A program made the position numbers and the translations under genes. From NCBI GenBank assembly GCA_951812955.1, contig OX638340.1, positions 3,520,001 through 3,584,000 of the forward strand: a stretch of 64,000 nt of DNA. Reading direction: 5' to 3'. The notes beneath the pieces were generated by a model. It searched no databases, was not told the DNA's origin, and was given only the letters and a program-made list of their open reading frames with translations. The stretch comes from an uncultured Gemmatimonadota bacterium (GTDB taxonomy: Bacteria; JAAXHH01). Below are positions 1 through 9,082 of the stretch, piece by piece (the stretch's first letter is position 1; each line of letters starts with the position of its first letter).

Positions 1-2
1 TT

Positions 3-524
3 ATGATGTGGTCGGTTGTTGGCTGCGCGGAGACTGCGCAGGACGCATCGTCGGATCCGCAGGAGGCTCCTCAGCCGCCCGCGATGTCCGCGGTGCCGGA
101 TGTGCCTGAGGCGGCATCGCCACCGGCCATGCCTTCGCACGAGCCGGTCTACCTCACCTCGGAGGCCACGGAGAGCATGAACCTGCCCTTTTCGGATGCC
201 GTGCGCACGGGGCACCTGCTGTTCCTCTCCGGCCAGATCGGAATGGTACCCGAAACGAAGGAACTGGCGCCGGGGGGCATACAGGCAGAGGCCCGTCAGA
301 CCATGGAAAACATAAAGACGGTGCTCGAGGCCAACGGATCCTCCATGGACCGGGTGATCAAGGCGACGGTCATGCTCGCGGACATCTCCGAGTGGCCGGC
401 ATTCAACGAGGTGTACGTCACGTACTTTCCCGGCCACAAGCCGGCCCGCAGCGCCTTCGCCGGCAGCGGACTGGCCTTCGGCGCGCGGTGCGAAGTCGAG
501 GTGATCGCCACGGTGGGAGAGTAG
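3..524 (+). CDS. RidA/YjgF-family protein (reactive intermediate deaminase fold); N-terminal Pro/Ala-rich extension, ORF open to the window edge
   Basis: C-terminal ~125 aa (NLPFSDAVRTGHLLFLSGQIG...ARSAFAGSGLAFGARCEVEVIA) matches the YjgF/RidA family. No stop codon lies upstream inside the window. Confidence 0.7.
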   Translation: MMWSVVGCAETAQDASSDPQEAPQPPAMSAVPDVPEAASPPAMPSHEPVYLTSEATESMNLPFSDAVRTGHLLFLSGQIGMVPETKELAPGGIQAEARQTMENIKTVLEANGSSMDRVIKATVMLADISEWPAFNEVYVTYFPGHKPARSAFAGSGLAFGARCEVEVIATVGE

Positions 525-525
525 G

Positions 526-555
526 AAAGATCAATAGCCATGGCCAAAGGAAAGT
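526..555. repeat. 30-bp perfect direct repeat, copy 1 (aaagatcaatagccatggccaaaggaaagt)
   Basis: Identical to 941..970. Contains an RBS-like AAGG and an ATG that starts only a 15-codon stub (MAKGKCGCLPPLCDY*). Confidence 0.9.
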
Positions 556-715
556 GTGGATGTTTGCCACCTCTCTGTGATTATTGATTCAGTTAAATGA
601 TCGTTGAGTGATTCGAGAAAACCACCAATGCGCCGACTAATCATAAACACACATCACTCGTTTCCGGATGGCAATTGGCTAAGCCATATCCAATCTCATC
701 ACCGGGCTCGGCGAA

Positions 716-952
716 TTGGAACTGATCGAATTCCTATCATCGTTTTTAAATATCGTGAAAGATGCCGTTCAGGCTGGAAAGGCGGTGTATGATATGTCAA
801 AATCAGGAAAGAAATCCGCACCCAACGAATCGGAACTCGACCGGGAATACAAGTCACTGATGGACGACCATAGGCGGGTACTGCGCAAGATCGAACGCAT
901 CGTCGACGCGAAGGCGAAAGAGCAAGGTATCTCTTTCAATAAAGATCAATAG
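716..952 (+). CDS. hypothetical small alpha-helical protein encoded inside the low-GC insertion (TTG start in the ORF track; an in-frame ATG lies at 794)
   Basis: Only ORF in the 415-bp AT-rich insert. Its stop TAG lies inside repeat copy 2. No recognisable family. Confidence 0.3.
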   Translation: MELIEFLSSFLNIVKDAVQAGKAVYDMSKSGKKSAPNESELDREYKSLMDDHRRVLRKIERIVDAKAKEQGISFNKDQ

Positions 953-970
953 CCATGGCCAAAGGAAAGT
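941..970. repeat. 30-bp perfect direct repeat, copy 2
   Basis: Identical to 526..555. Here its ATG (955) begins the intact YkgJ-like CDS. Confidence 0.9.
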
Positions 971-1419
971 ACTGGCACGACGGATTGCAGTTCTCCTGTC
1001 AGGGATGCGGCCACTGCTGCACCTTCCCGGGTGGATTCGTATACGGCAGCGAGAAGGAGTTCCGGCGCATTGCCGAGTACCTGGACCTGCCGTTCGAGAC
1101 CTTCCTGGAACGGTACACGGAAGAAATCGACGGCCATGTCTCCCTGGTGTCCCCGGATAACGGTCCCTGCGTCTTCTATGACGGGGAATGTACCATCTAT
1201 CCGGTGCGTCCGTCCCAGTGCAGCAGCTATCCCTTCTGGCAGGATATCCTGAAGTCGAAACGCCGGTGGGAACGGGAAGCGGAGACGTGCAGGGGCATGG
1301 AAAAGGGGAAGCGCTGGACGCGCAAGGAGATCGAGGTGGAAGCGGCAAGCCGGACGGAGAACCTGATGGCGGCGAAGAAGCGGCCGCAGTCCGAACCGAG
1401 GGAGGACGTACATGGATGA
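955..1419 (+). CDS. YkgJ/UPF0153-family Fe-S (CxxCxxCC) cluster protein
   Basis: CQGCGHCC motif followed by conserved C..C pairs (GPCVFYDGECTIYPVRPSQCSSYP), typical of the 'putative zinc/iron-chelating' YkgJ family. Confidence 0.7.
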   Translation: MAKGKYWHDGLQFSCQGCGHCCTFPGGFVYGSEKEFRRIAEYLDLPFETFLERYTEEIDGHVSLVSPDNGPCVFYDGECTIYPVRPSQCSSYPFWQDILKSKRRWEREAETCRGMEKGKRWTRKEIEVEAASRTENLMAAKKRPQSEPREDVHG

Positions 1420-2791
1420 GCGCATCACGGTTGGAAATGATCGCATCGACACGGTCGAAAATGATCGATTCGACGAAGAAACCGGTTCACGGCGGTTTAA
1501 TCGGCGTGGCTTTCTGAAGATCGGCGCCCTGGCCGGGGTCGCGGGCGTGGCTGCTGCGAATTGTAGCGGCCTGGACGGGTCAGGGAGTGATGCGGGAGGT
1601 GATGAAAGCGCCGCGACCGGCGTTTCTTCGGACCCGGAAGCCGTGGCGGCCGATTTGCAGCAAAATGTCTATACACGAATGCTCGGCGTACGGCCCCACA
1701 TCGGCGCGCACTCGCACCTGTCCAGCATGGGAGGTTCCCGCATGCCGCCGGAAGTCATGGAGGCGATGACCGAGGCCAACCGTTTCTTTGTGGATATGGA
1801 AGACCTGCACGTAGCCGCCGGGCGCCGTCTCGCGGAAATCGCGGGCGCCGAGGATGCCCTCGTATCATCCGGCGCCTTCGCCGCGTTGCTTGTAGGCGCG
1901 GCCGGGGTCCTTACCGGGACCGACGAGGAACGCATGGCGGTCCTGCCCCGTCCGACCTGGCCGAAGGTCGAATGCCTTTTTCAAACGCCGCACCGGTTTT
2001 TCTACGACAAGGTCTTTCAATACGCGGGCATGACCCTGGTGGAAGCAGATACCAGGCAGGCGTACGAAGAGGCCATCACGGACCGAACGGCCCTGCTCGT
2101 GGGACTGTCCTTCATCGAGCATCAGAACACGGGGCGGCCGCCGTTTCCCGCGAAGTACCGCCAGCCCACGCCGCCGGAAACGCTCATGCCGGAGGAGATC
2201 ATCGAAATCGGAAAGCGGAAGGGCGTGCCGGTCATGATCGACATGGCTTCCGACGTGCGTCCCATCAGAAACCTGAAGCGCTATATCGAGATGGGGGCCG
2301 ACCTGGTCATCGTCAGCGGCGGCAAGGCGTTGCGGGGCCCCAATTCGTCGGGCATACTGGCAGGCCGCGGAGATCTGATCGAAGCCGCGCGGATGCAGAA
2401 TGCGCCGAACAACGGCATCGGGCGGGGACTCAAGGTCGGCAAGGAGGAGATCATCGGTCTCATCGCCGCGGTGGAGCGGTTCGTCGAGATCGACGAAGAC
2501 GCAATGATCGCAGGTTGGAACCAGAAGGCCCAGTGGCTGGCGGACCAGCTCCAGGATATCTCCGGACTCGAAGCCAGTTACGAGATCAATACGGCCGGGT
2601 ATGCCGACGTGGAACTGATCTGGGACCAGGAGGTCATTCCCCTTTCCCGGGAAGACGTCGACAGCGCGCTTAAGGATGGGACTCCGAGCATCATCTACTA
2701 CGGGGAAGGTATCTGCACCAAGCAGTTCGAAGACGGCGAGGAGGTCCTCGTCGCCAATCGCCTACGGGAACTCTTTACGCAGGGTAGCTGA
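1412..2791 (+). CDS. SelA-like / DgaE-like PLP-dependent enzyme with an N-terminal twin-arginine (Tat) signal
   Basis: RRGFLKIGALAG Tat motif. SGGKALRGP PLP-lysine motif as in L-seryl-tRNA(Sec) selenium transferase-like proteins. ATG preceded by GGAGGA. Overlaps the previous stop by 8 nt. Confidence 0.6.
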   Translation: MDERITVGNDRIDTVENDRFDEETGSRRFNRRGFLKIGALAGVAGVAAANCSGLDGSGSDAGGDESAATGVSSDPEAVAADLQQNVYTRMLGVRPHIGAHSHLSSMGGSRMPPEVMEAMTEANRFFVDMEDLHVAAGRRLAEIAGAEDALVSSGAFAALLVGAAGVLTGTDEERMAVLPRPTWPKVECLFQTPHRFFYDKVFQYAGMTLVEADTRQAYEEAITDRTALLVGLSFIEHQNTGRPPFPAKYRQPTPPETLMPEEIIEIGKRKGVPVMIDMASDVRPIRNLKRYIEMGADLVIVSGGKALRGPNSSGILAGRGDLIEAARMQNAPNNGIGRGLKVGKEEIIGLIAAVERFVEIDEDAMIAGWNQKAQWLADQLQDISGLEASYEINTAGYADVELIWDQEVIPLSREDVDSALKDGTPSIIYYGEGICTKQFEDGEEVLVANRLRELFTQGS

Positions 2792-2805
2792 CGGAAAGGG
2801 CGTAA

Positions 2806-4014
2806 ATGGCTGATGATCGACCTGACAGTGCAGGATCCGACTTCGACGGCTCCGGCGGCGAACGCCTGACTTATGAAAGTTCCGGTGTGGATTACGACCG
2901 GATAGATCCGCTGAAGGTCCTCGCCCAGCGCGCGGCGCGGGACACGGGGGCCAACCTCGACGGCGCGGGCGCCCGCGAGGTGGCGGCCAGCCGTGGGGAG
3001 TCGGCGTACGTGGTGGACATCGGCGACGCCTATCTCGCCTCCATCACCGAATGCCTGGGTACCAAGGCCCTGGTGGCGGACGCGATGTGTGAGGCGTCGA
3101 GTGTATTGAGGGCGTCAGAGGAGTCGGAGGAGTCAAAGGCGTCGGAGGCGTCGCGAAGGACCTGGTACGACCACATCGCACAGGACACCATCGCCACGGC
3201 CGTCAACGACATTGTCACCGTGGGCGCCCGGCCCCTGAGCATCCACGCCTACTGGGCGGCCGGTTCGTCGGACTGGTTCGACGACGTGGAACGCATGAAC
3301 GACCTGGTCGAGGGATGGAAGGCGGCCTGCGACGTCCTGGGCGTGGCCTGGGGCGGCGGCGAGACGCCGTGCCTGACGGGCGTGGTGGAGGAAGGCGCCA
3401 TCGACCTGGCCGCGTCCTGCGTGGGCATCATCCGGCCTAAATCACGCCTCACCCTGGGCGAAGACCTCAGCGCCGGGGACGCGATCATTCTCCTGGAAAG
3501 CAGTGGCATTCACGCCAACGGCCTCACCCTCGCGCGCAAGCTGTCCGAACGGCTGCCGGAGGGCTATGCCACCCTCCTGCCCGGCGGCCGGACGTACGGC
3601 GTGGCGCTGCTCGACCCGACCGTGCTCTACCCTCCCGTTACCGAAGCGGCCTTCGCGGCCGGTATCGACCTGCGCTACATCGCCAACATCACCGGCCACG
3701 GATGGCGCAAGATCATGCGACACCCCGGCAGGTTTACCTACCGCATTACCGAAGTGCCCCCCGTTCCCGAGGTGCTGAAGTTCATGGTGGATGAGACCCA
3801 ACAGACCGCGGAAGAAGCCTATGGCAGCCTCAACATGGGCGCCGGCTTCGCCCTCTTCGTCCGCCCGGAAGACGGGGACGCGGCCGTGGCGTGCGCCGAG
3901 ACCGAAGGCATCCGCGCTTGGGTCGCCGGCGTGGTGGAAGATGGCCCCCGCCAGGTGGTCATCGAGCCGCTGGGCGTTACGCTCGCCGGGGAAAGCCTCG
4001 CCCTGCGGGACTGA
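2806..4014 (+). CDS. PurM-superfamily (AIR-synthase-related) ATP-binding protein
   Basis: ITECLGTKALVAD and AVNDIVTVGARPL...WGGGETPCLTGV match the PurM N/C-domain signatures. Internal acidic low-complexity insert SEESEESKASEAS. The last 15 nt are repeated at 18245. Confidence 0.6.
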   Translation: MADDRPDSAGSDFDGSGGERLTYESSGVDYDRIDPLKVLAQRAARDTGANLDGAGAREVAASRGESAYVVDIGDAYLASITECLGTKALVADAMCEASSVLRASEESEESKASEASRRTWYDHIAQDTIATAVNDIVTVGARPLSIHAYWAAGSSDWFDDVERMNDLVEGWKAACDVLGVAWGGGETPCLTGVVEEGAIDLAASCVGIIRPKSRLTLGEDLSAGDAIILLESSGIHANGLTLARKLSERLPEGYATLLPGGRTYGVALLDPTVLYPPVTEAAFAAGIDLRYIANITGHGWRKIMRHPGRFTYRITEVPPVPEVLKFMVDETQQTAEEAYGSLNMGAGFALFVRPEDGDAAVACAETEGIRAWVAGVVEDGPRQVVIEPLGVTLAGESLALRD

Positions 4015-4089
4015 GCCGCGGGCTGACTTCTCTGGTCGAATCCTCTATTCTCTACGATTCTATAATCCAGCGTAACTCAGTGCTTTTAA

Positions 4090-4400
4090 CCATACGGAAC
4101 CGCTGATCGACTCGGTTGTTCGGTCGAGAGGTATCGTTTGAGTCCGTTGAACGTACGATCACGTTGAAAATGGTGTCGCTCTGGATGCTTACGAGACTGT
4201 TTTCGACCTTGAACGAGTCTGGAACGAGCCGCTTTGCCCTTCGTCCGCATAGGCCTTGTCACCGTAGATCGCCTTCCCTGGACGGTCAGTTTTATTGACG
4301 CGGACTTCGCGGGGCATTGACACCTGCCTGGGTTGACCTTGTCGAAAGCCCGGATCTGCCACGAATCCCGCTTTACTACCGTCAGTAAGACTTAGTACCC
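4090..4400 (+). pseudogene. decayed IS3-family transposase (integrase-core) remnant, copy A
   Basis: About 75% nucleotide identity over about 100 bp to 8590..8690. Residual translation ...MVSLWMLTRLFSTLNESG resembles the RGNCWDNAVAESFFSTLK region of IS3 OrfB. Lower GC than the flanks. Confidence 0.45.
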
Positions 4401-4643
4401 CCTCCCCTAATATACTGTACGCGCCCTATCCGTTTGTTTACAATATAATCATATTTAATTCTTATAATTTCACATTTAAGCCACGAGTTATTGATCTTAG
4501 ATTTGATAAGTTAAGACTCCAGCGTTAGTATTATGTTGAAAAATCCAGTTTGATTCACATATTGAATTTATCAATCTCTGAAACAACTGACCCGTTCGTT
4601 TGTGAATACAGGGGCAGCATTTTCTTCCAAAGAATGTACCTCG
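4400..4643 (+). promoter_or_regulatory. AT-rich putative promoter/leader region upstream of LRR lipoprotein 1
   Basis: GC drops sharply (tttacaatataatcatatttaattcttataatttcacattt...). No ORF. Lies immediately 5' of a large gene. Confidence 0.3.
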
Positions 4644-6980
4644 ATGACTTTCGAGTTCCGACTTACGTCACGGCGTTTGGGACGCTTCCTCGTCCTGCTG
4701 CTCGCCTGCCTTGCCCTTCCTTTGCTCGTCACGTGCGGCAGGGACACTCCCACGCAGTCACGGACCGCGGTCCCGGCGCGGGTAGTGGTCACGCCTGTGG
4801 CCACGGATCTGGCATCGGCAGGACAGACTGTGCGACTCAACGCCCGGGCGCTTGACGACGCCGGCCAAGAAGTCTCGGAGGCTCCTGTTGCCTGGCGCAG
4901 CACCGACGCGTCGGTGGCGCGCGTGAGCGCGGACGGCGTGGTCACCGCCGTGGGGGAAGGCAGCGCCCTCATAACGGCCATGGCCGGCCAGAAGACGGCT
5001 CAAGCGAAGGTGACGGTGGCGGACCCGGTGCGCGCGGCGCTGCGGGCGCTGTACGAGGCGACGGGCGGGGCGAACTGGAAGAACAGCGACAACTGGCTGA
5101 GCGCCCGGCCCGTTGGCGATTGGTACGGGGTAATCGGCGAGCCATCCGGACCGAGCGGGATTTCGCAACGGAGAACCAGCGCCGGCGGACTGACGCGCCT
5201 GGACCTGTCCGGCAACGGATTGACGGGCGAGATCCCTCCCGTGCTGGGCAGCCTGGCCGGTCTTCGTTATCTGGACCTTTCCGACAACGCGCTGTCCGGC
5301 GCGATCCCTCCTGCGCTGGGCAACCTGTCGTCCCTCGAGACGCTGAAGCTGCACGATAACCGGTTGTCGGGCGAGATCCCTTCGGAACTGGGCAACCTGG
5401 AAAGTCTCCGGGAGCTGTCTCTGCACGGCAACGGGCAACTGACCGGTGCGTTGCCCCTTTCGCTCGCCAACCTGGACCGTCTGGAAACGTTATCCCTTTC
5501 GGGTACGCAGTTGTGCGCGCCGACCGATGCCGCGTTTCAGAACTGGCTGCAAGGAATCGCGAACAGGACCGGCATCTTCAATTGCGGCAACGATACGGAC
5601 GGCGACCGGAACGTGCTGCTCGCCCTGTACAACGCGACGGACGGTCCCAACTGGACGACCCGTACGAACTGGCTGAGCACCCGTCCCCTGTCGTCCTGGC
5701 ACGGGGTGGGCGTGAACGCCGCAGGGCGCGTCGACAGCCTGATCCTCGAAGACAACGCGCTGGCCGGACCGATCCCCGCCAGCCTGGGCAGTCTCGCCGG
5801 CCTCGTGGCGCTGGACGCGAGTGGCAACCAGTTGTCCGGCAGCATCCCGGAGGAGCTGGGCGATCTCTCCGGTCTGGTTACGCTTGATCTCAGCAACAAC
5901 GCGTTGACCGGACCGATCCCGCCGGCGTTGTTCAGCCTGCCCAATCTCGTTACGCTGGAGCTCTCCGGCAATCGGTTTACGGATATCCCGGATACAGACA
6001 TCCCGGATACAGGCACCCCGGTCCTGACGGATCGGGATGTGCTGGTTGCGCTCTACAACGCCACGGACGGCGAGAACTGGACGAACAACACCAACTGGCT
6101 GAGCGACAGGCCGCTAGGGGAATGGCACGGGGTTCGCGTCAATGCGGAGGGGCGCGTCGAAGGACTGGACCTTAGCGCTAACCAGCTATCGGGCCCGATC
6201 CCGACCGAACTCGCAAGCCTCACCAAGTTGACACATCTGTATCTTTACGATAACCAGCTATCGGGCCCGATCCCGGCAGAAATCGCAAGCCTCACCAATT
6301 TGACAGAGCTGGACCTTAGCGAGAACCAGCTATCTGGCCCGATCCCGTCCGAACTCGGCAGCCTCACCAAGTTGGAAGATCTGTGGCTTTTCGGTAATCA
6401 GCTATCGGGTCCCCTGCCCGGAACGTTCACCGGTCTGACAAACTTGGAAAGACTGTCCATCGAAGGAACCGGGTTGTGCGCGCCGACGGACGCGGCCTTC
6501 CAGGCGTGGTTGAGGGGAGTCGATGACAAATCTGGAGTGGTCAACTGTGCCGGCTCAAGCCCAGACCTGATCGTCGCATCGCCATCGGTAAGCGACGACA
6601 CCCTGACGACGGGGCAGTCTTTCACGCTGAGCGCGTCGGTGCGCAACCAGGGCACGGGGCGGTCAGCCTCGACGATCCTGCGCTATTACCGGTCTTCGAA
6701 TTCGACCATCTCATCGTCCGATACGCAGGTCGGCACGGACGCCGTGAGCGCACTGGCCGCATCGGGAACGAGCGCTGAATCGATCAGCCTGTCCGCGCCT
6801 TCGAGCGTCGGGACGTACTACTACGGCGCGTGCGTGGACGAGGTAAGCGGCGAGAGCGATACGGGCAACAACTGCTCTACGGGCGTGCGCGTCACGGTGA
6901 TGGTCGAGGATGACCACGGCGATACTCGGTCTGGAGCGACATCCCCTCGCGCTGAGCGGTTCGGTCTCGGGACGGATTGA
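4644..6980 (+). CDS. LRR lipoprotein 1: lipobox signal, Big_2 domain, three plant-type LRR supermodules, CARDB domain; reading frame broken near 6943
   Basis: Signal and lipobox LLVTCG. Big_2 (VVVTPVATDL...AKVTV). N-caps LYxATxGxNWxxxxNWLSxRPxxxWxGV. 24-aa LRRs LxxLxxLxLxxNxLSGxIPxxLG. C-caps GTQLCAPTDAAFQNWL. CARDB (PDLIVASPSV...GTYYYGACVDE...NNCS). Confidence 0.75.
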   Translation: MTFEFRLTSRRLGRFLVLLLACLALPLLVTCGRDTPTQSRTAVPARVVVTPVATDLASAGQTVRLNARALDDAGQEVSEAPVAWRSTDASVARVSADGVVTAVGEGSALITAMAGQKTAQAKVTVADPVRAALRALYEATGGANWKNSDNWLSARPVGDWYGVIGEPSGPSGISQRRTSAGGLTRLDLSGNGLTGEIPPVLGSLAGLRYLDLSDNALSGAIPPALGNLSSLETLKLHDNRLSGEIPSELGNLESLRELSLHGNGQLTGALPLSLANLDRLETLSLSGTQLCAPTDAAFQNWLQGIANRTGIFNCGNDTDGDRNVLLALYNATDGPNWTTRTNWLSTRPLSSWHGVGVNAAGRVDSLILEDNALAGPIPASLGSLAGLVALDASGNQLSGSIPEELGDLSGLVTLDLSNNALTGPIPPALFSLPNLVTLELSGNRFTDIPDTDIPDTGTPVLTDRDVLVALYNATDGENWTNNTNWLSDRPLGEWHGVRVNAEGRVEGLDLSANQLSGPIPTELASLTKLTHLYLYDNQLSGPIPAEIASLTNLTELDLSENQLSGPIPSELGSLTKLEDLWLFGNQLSGPLPGTFTGLTNLERLSIEGTGLCAPTDAAFQAWLRGVDDKSGVVNCAGSSPDLIVASPSVSDDTLTTGQSFTLSASVRNQGTGRSASTILRYYRSSNSTISSSDTQVGTDAVSALAASGTSAESISLSAPSSVGTYYYGACVDEVSGESDTGNNCSTGVRVTVMVEDDHGDTRSGATSPRAERFGLGTD

Positions 6981-7482
6981 TCCCGGCACTGACGTCGATT
7001 ACTTCGAGATGGAAGTCACCGAATCGGGAACATTGACGGTCAATACGACCGGCAGCCTCGACACAACGGGCGAACTCGAGGACAATTCAGGCTCCCGCTT
7101 GGCGCGTAATGACGATGGCGGCAGCGGATCTAACTTCAGAATCAGCCATTCGGTGAGTGCGGGAACGTATTACGTCAAAGTGGAAAGCTTTAGCTCGAAC
7201 ACCGGGAGCTACACGATCCACGCGAGTCTGGCGAGCGGCGGCGGTGGCGGCGGTGGTGGCGACGGTGCCTGCGTAGCCGGATTGGTCGTGAATCCCGGTG
7301 AGAGTTGTACGTACAAGGGCTATGACTTTTCCGTTAGTTCCACAGGCAGAGGGAGCATTGCCTTTTTCTCCGCGGGAACCGGTATAGATGCAAGGGGTAG
7401 CACGATCAACGGCGTGCGTTGGAACTTCCATGCCACCCGAAACAGTGGTAGTAACAGTTGGACCATCCATACTGCTGATTGA
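6946..7482 (+). CDS. out-of-frame (+1) continuation of LRR lipoprotein 1: pre-peptidase C-terminal (PPC) domain plus Gly8 linker and a small C-terminal domain
   Basis: DDHGDTRSGATS in frame 0 is followed in frame +1 by LALSGSVSGRIDPGTDVDYFEMEV...GTYYVKVESFSS, the canonical PPC motif. The shift occurs at the cccc run 6943..6946. Confidence 0.6.
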   Translation, partial: LALSGSVSGRIDPGTDVDYFEMEVTESGTLTVNTTGSLDTTGELEDNSGSRLARNDDGGSGSNFRISHSVSAGTYYVKVESFSSNTGSYTIHASLASGGGGGGGGDGACVAGLVVNPGESCTYKGYDFSVSSTGRGSIAFFSAGTGIDARGSTINGVRWNFHATRNSGSNSWTIHTAD

Positions 7483-7784
7483 ACGGTTTCACCAGGTACG
7501 CTTCATCTCAATGGTCTTCATCTTCAGATAGTGTCAACCAGATCTGCGTACGAAACACGGCTATCGAAAACCTGGCTGGCATGGAGGAATTGTCATGTTC
7601 GGTAACTGGATTTCGAGAAGCGTCAGACTTTCGGGAACGTGACCATTGTAAGTCCGGCTGAGAAGAGCTTCAGATGCAGTGGGTCTTCTTGAGGCGGTGA
7701 CCTCATTGACACGCGTTCCGTTCAGGATTGACGGTCCATCCTTCCGGACACGTGTAACCGAGCCTGCTCGGCAGGAGGTATGAA

Positions 7785-8336
7785 ATGCGTATTTTACTTA
7801 TGATGATCGTCCTGGTCGCATTGGCCTGTGGCGATGACGATATGCCGACGGCCCCAACTCCCACACCGGAACCGGATCCTGCCGAGAAGCTGATCGGCAC
7901 GTGGAAATACACGGGGAACGATTTCGATACCAAACTGGCCGCCAACGTGCGGAATTACCTGATCGGCGAGGGCCATACTGCGAGCGAGGTCGACAAGGCG
8001 GTATCTGGCGCCCTTGGTGAACTCGACTTGGCGTTAGCCCGTACCTTTAACTTTAGGTCAGACGGAACGGTGATTGTCGACAGCGAACCTCCTTACCGGT
8101 ACCAGGTGTCCGGCAATCGAATAATCATCACGACTTCGGATGGTGAGACTCTTTTCTTGGGGGGTGGTGAGACTCTTTCCGGGGAATACGCCGTTACGGA
8201 CACCGCGCTTACCCTGCATTTTCCAGTAGCCCCGCTGCTGGCGACTGTTGTACCGGAGGACGAAGAGGAAGCGGAACTGATGAGGACCATATATATGGGG
8301 ATAGAGGTCTTGACTATGTATTTCTCGAGGCAGTGA
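7785..8336 (+). CDS. hypothetical lipoprotein (lipobox LVALACG)
   Basis: Signal peptide plus Cys lipobox, Pro-rich linker, beta-rich body. No family recognised. Confidence 0.5.
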   Translation: MRILLMMIVLVALACGDDDMPTAPTPTPEPDPAEKLIGTWKYTGNDFDTKLAANVRNYLIGEGHTASEVDKAVSGALGELDLALARTFNFRSDGTVIVDSEPPYRYQVSGNRIIITTSDGETLFLGGGETLSGEYAVTDTALTLHFPVAPLLATVVPEDEEEAELMRTIYMGIEVLTMYFSRQ

Positions 8337-8531
8337 TTTCTTGTTGAACTGATCACCGTAAATCAGGCGCTTTACTTGATTTCCATGTGGACTGCGCCGC
8401 TCACCAGCATTTAGTATTTTCGCCGACCGCCCTCTGTCGGACTGCGCCTCCCGCCCGTTTTGAAACTGCGCCGCCTGACCGGGACGCATCTGTATTGAGT
8501 ATCTTCTGAGCAAGGAACGTATACGAATCTC

Positions 8532-8922
8532 TTGAGTGAAGCCAGAGTCCGCACCGGCTGCCTTATTGAAGAGTTCTGCAATCTTAAGGCACCTCTGATC
8601 AACCTGGTTGTTCGATCAAGTGGTATGATCCGAGTCCGTTCAGAGATCGATCACGGTGATAATGATGTCGTTATGGGTAATTGCCTTTGGATTCTTGCCA
8701 AGGTGTTTTCATCCTCGGTCGGGTCCGGGAACAGCTTGGCCTGCCCGGGGTTTCGCCTGATCTAGGCGCACATTCAAATAGGAGGCCATCTACCTCAACT
8801 CCTATGACACCGTGTTGGAACTGATCGGTAGGCTAAATCCCTGTTTCTCGTTCTACAGCCATGAAAGGCAGAATCCGTCGCTGGGTTATCTCGCTCCGGC
8901 CGAGGTACACTTTGAACCGTAG
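8532..8922 (+). pseudogene. decayed IS3-family transposase (OrfB integrase core, C-terminal end) remnant, copy B, with a frameshift
   Basis: Frame 1 gives ...IDHGDNDVVMGNCLWILAKVFSSS. Frame 2 gives ...YLNSYDTVLELIGRLNPCFSFYSHERQNPSLGYLAPAEVHFEP*, matching the IS3 OrfB C-terminus (...FYNxxRxHSSLGYLSPxEFE). Homologous to copy A. Confidence 0.55.
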
Positions 8923-9082
8923 TTTTACGTAGAGGATCCACCTTAAGTCTTACAACCTGTGGTCCATACTTGGTGATAAGTTTGCCATTTTAACATTCTT
9001 TAAACACAAACGTGCTACACGCGAGGAAAACAGTTCGACCTGCGGTGTAAAAACACCGAGCCGTTTGTCGTAACTGCCGATC

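Noticed and set aside
8058-8513. 151-aa minus-strand ORF
   Set aside because: It overlaps the lipoprotein gene and the IS remnant in antisense. It has a basic low-complexity composition and no RBS.
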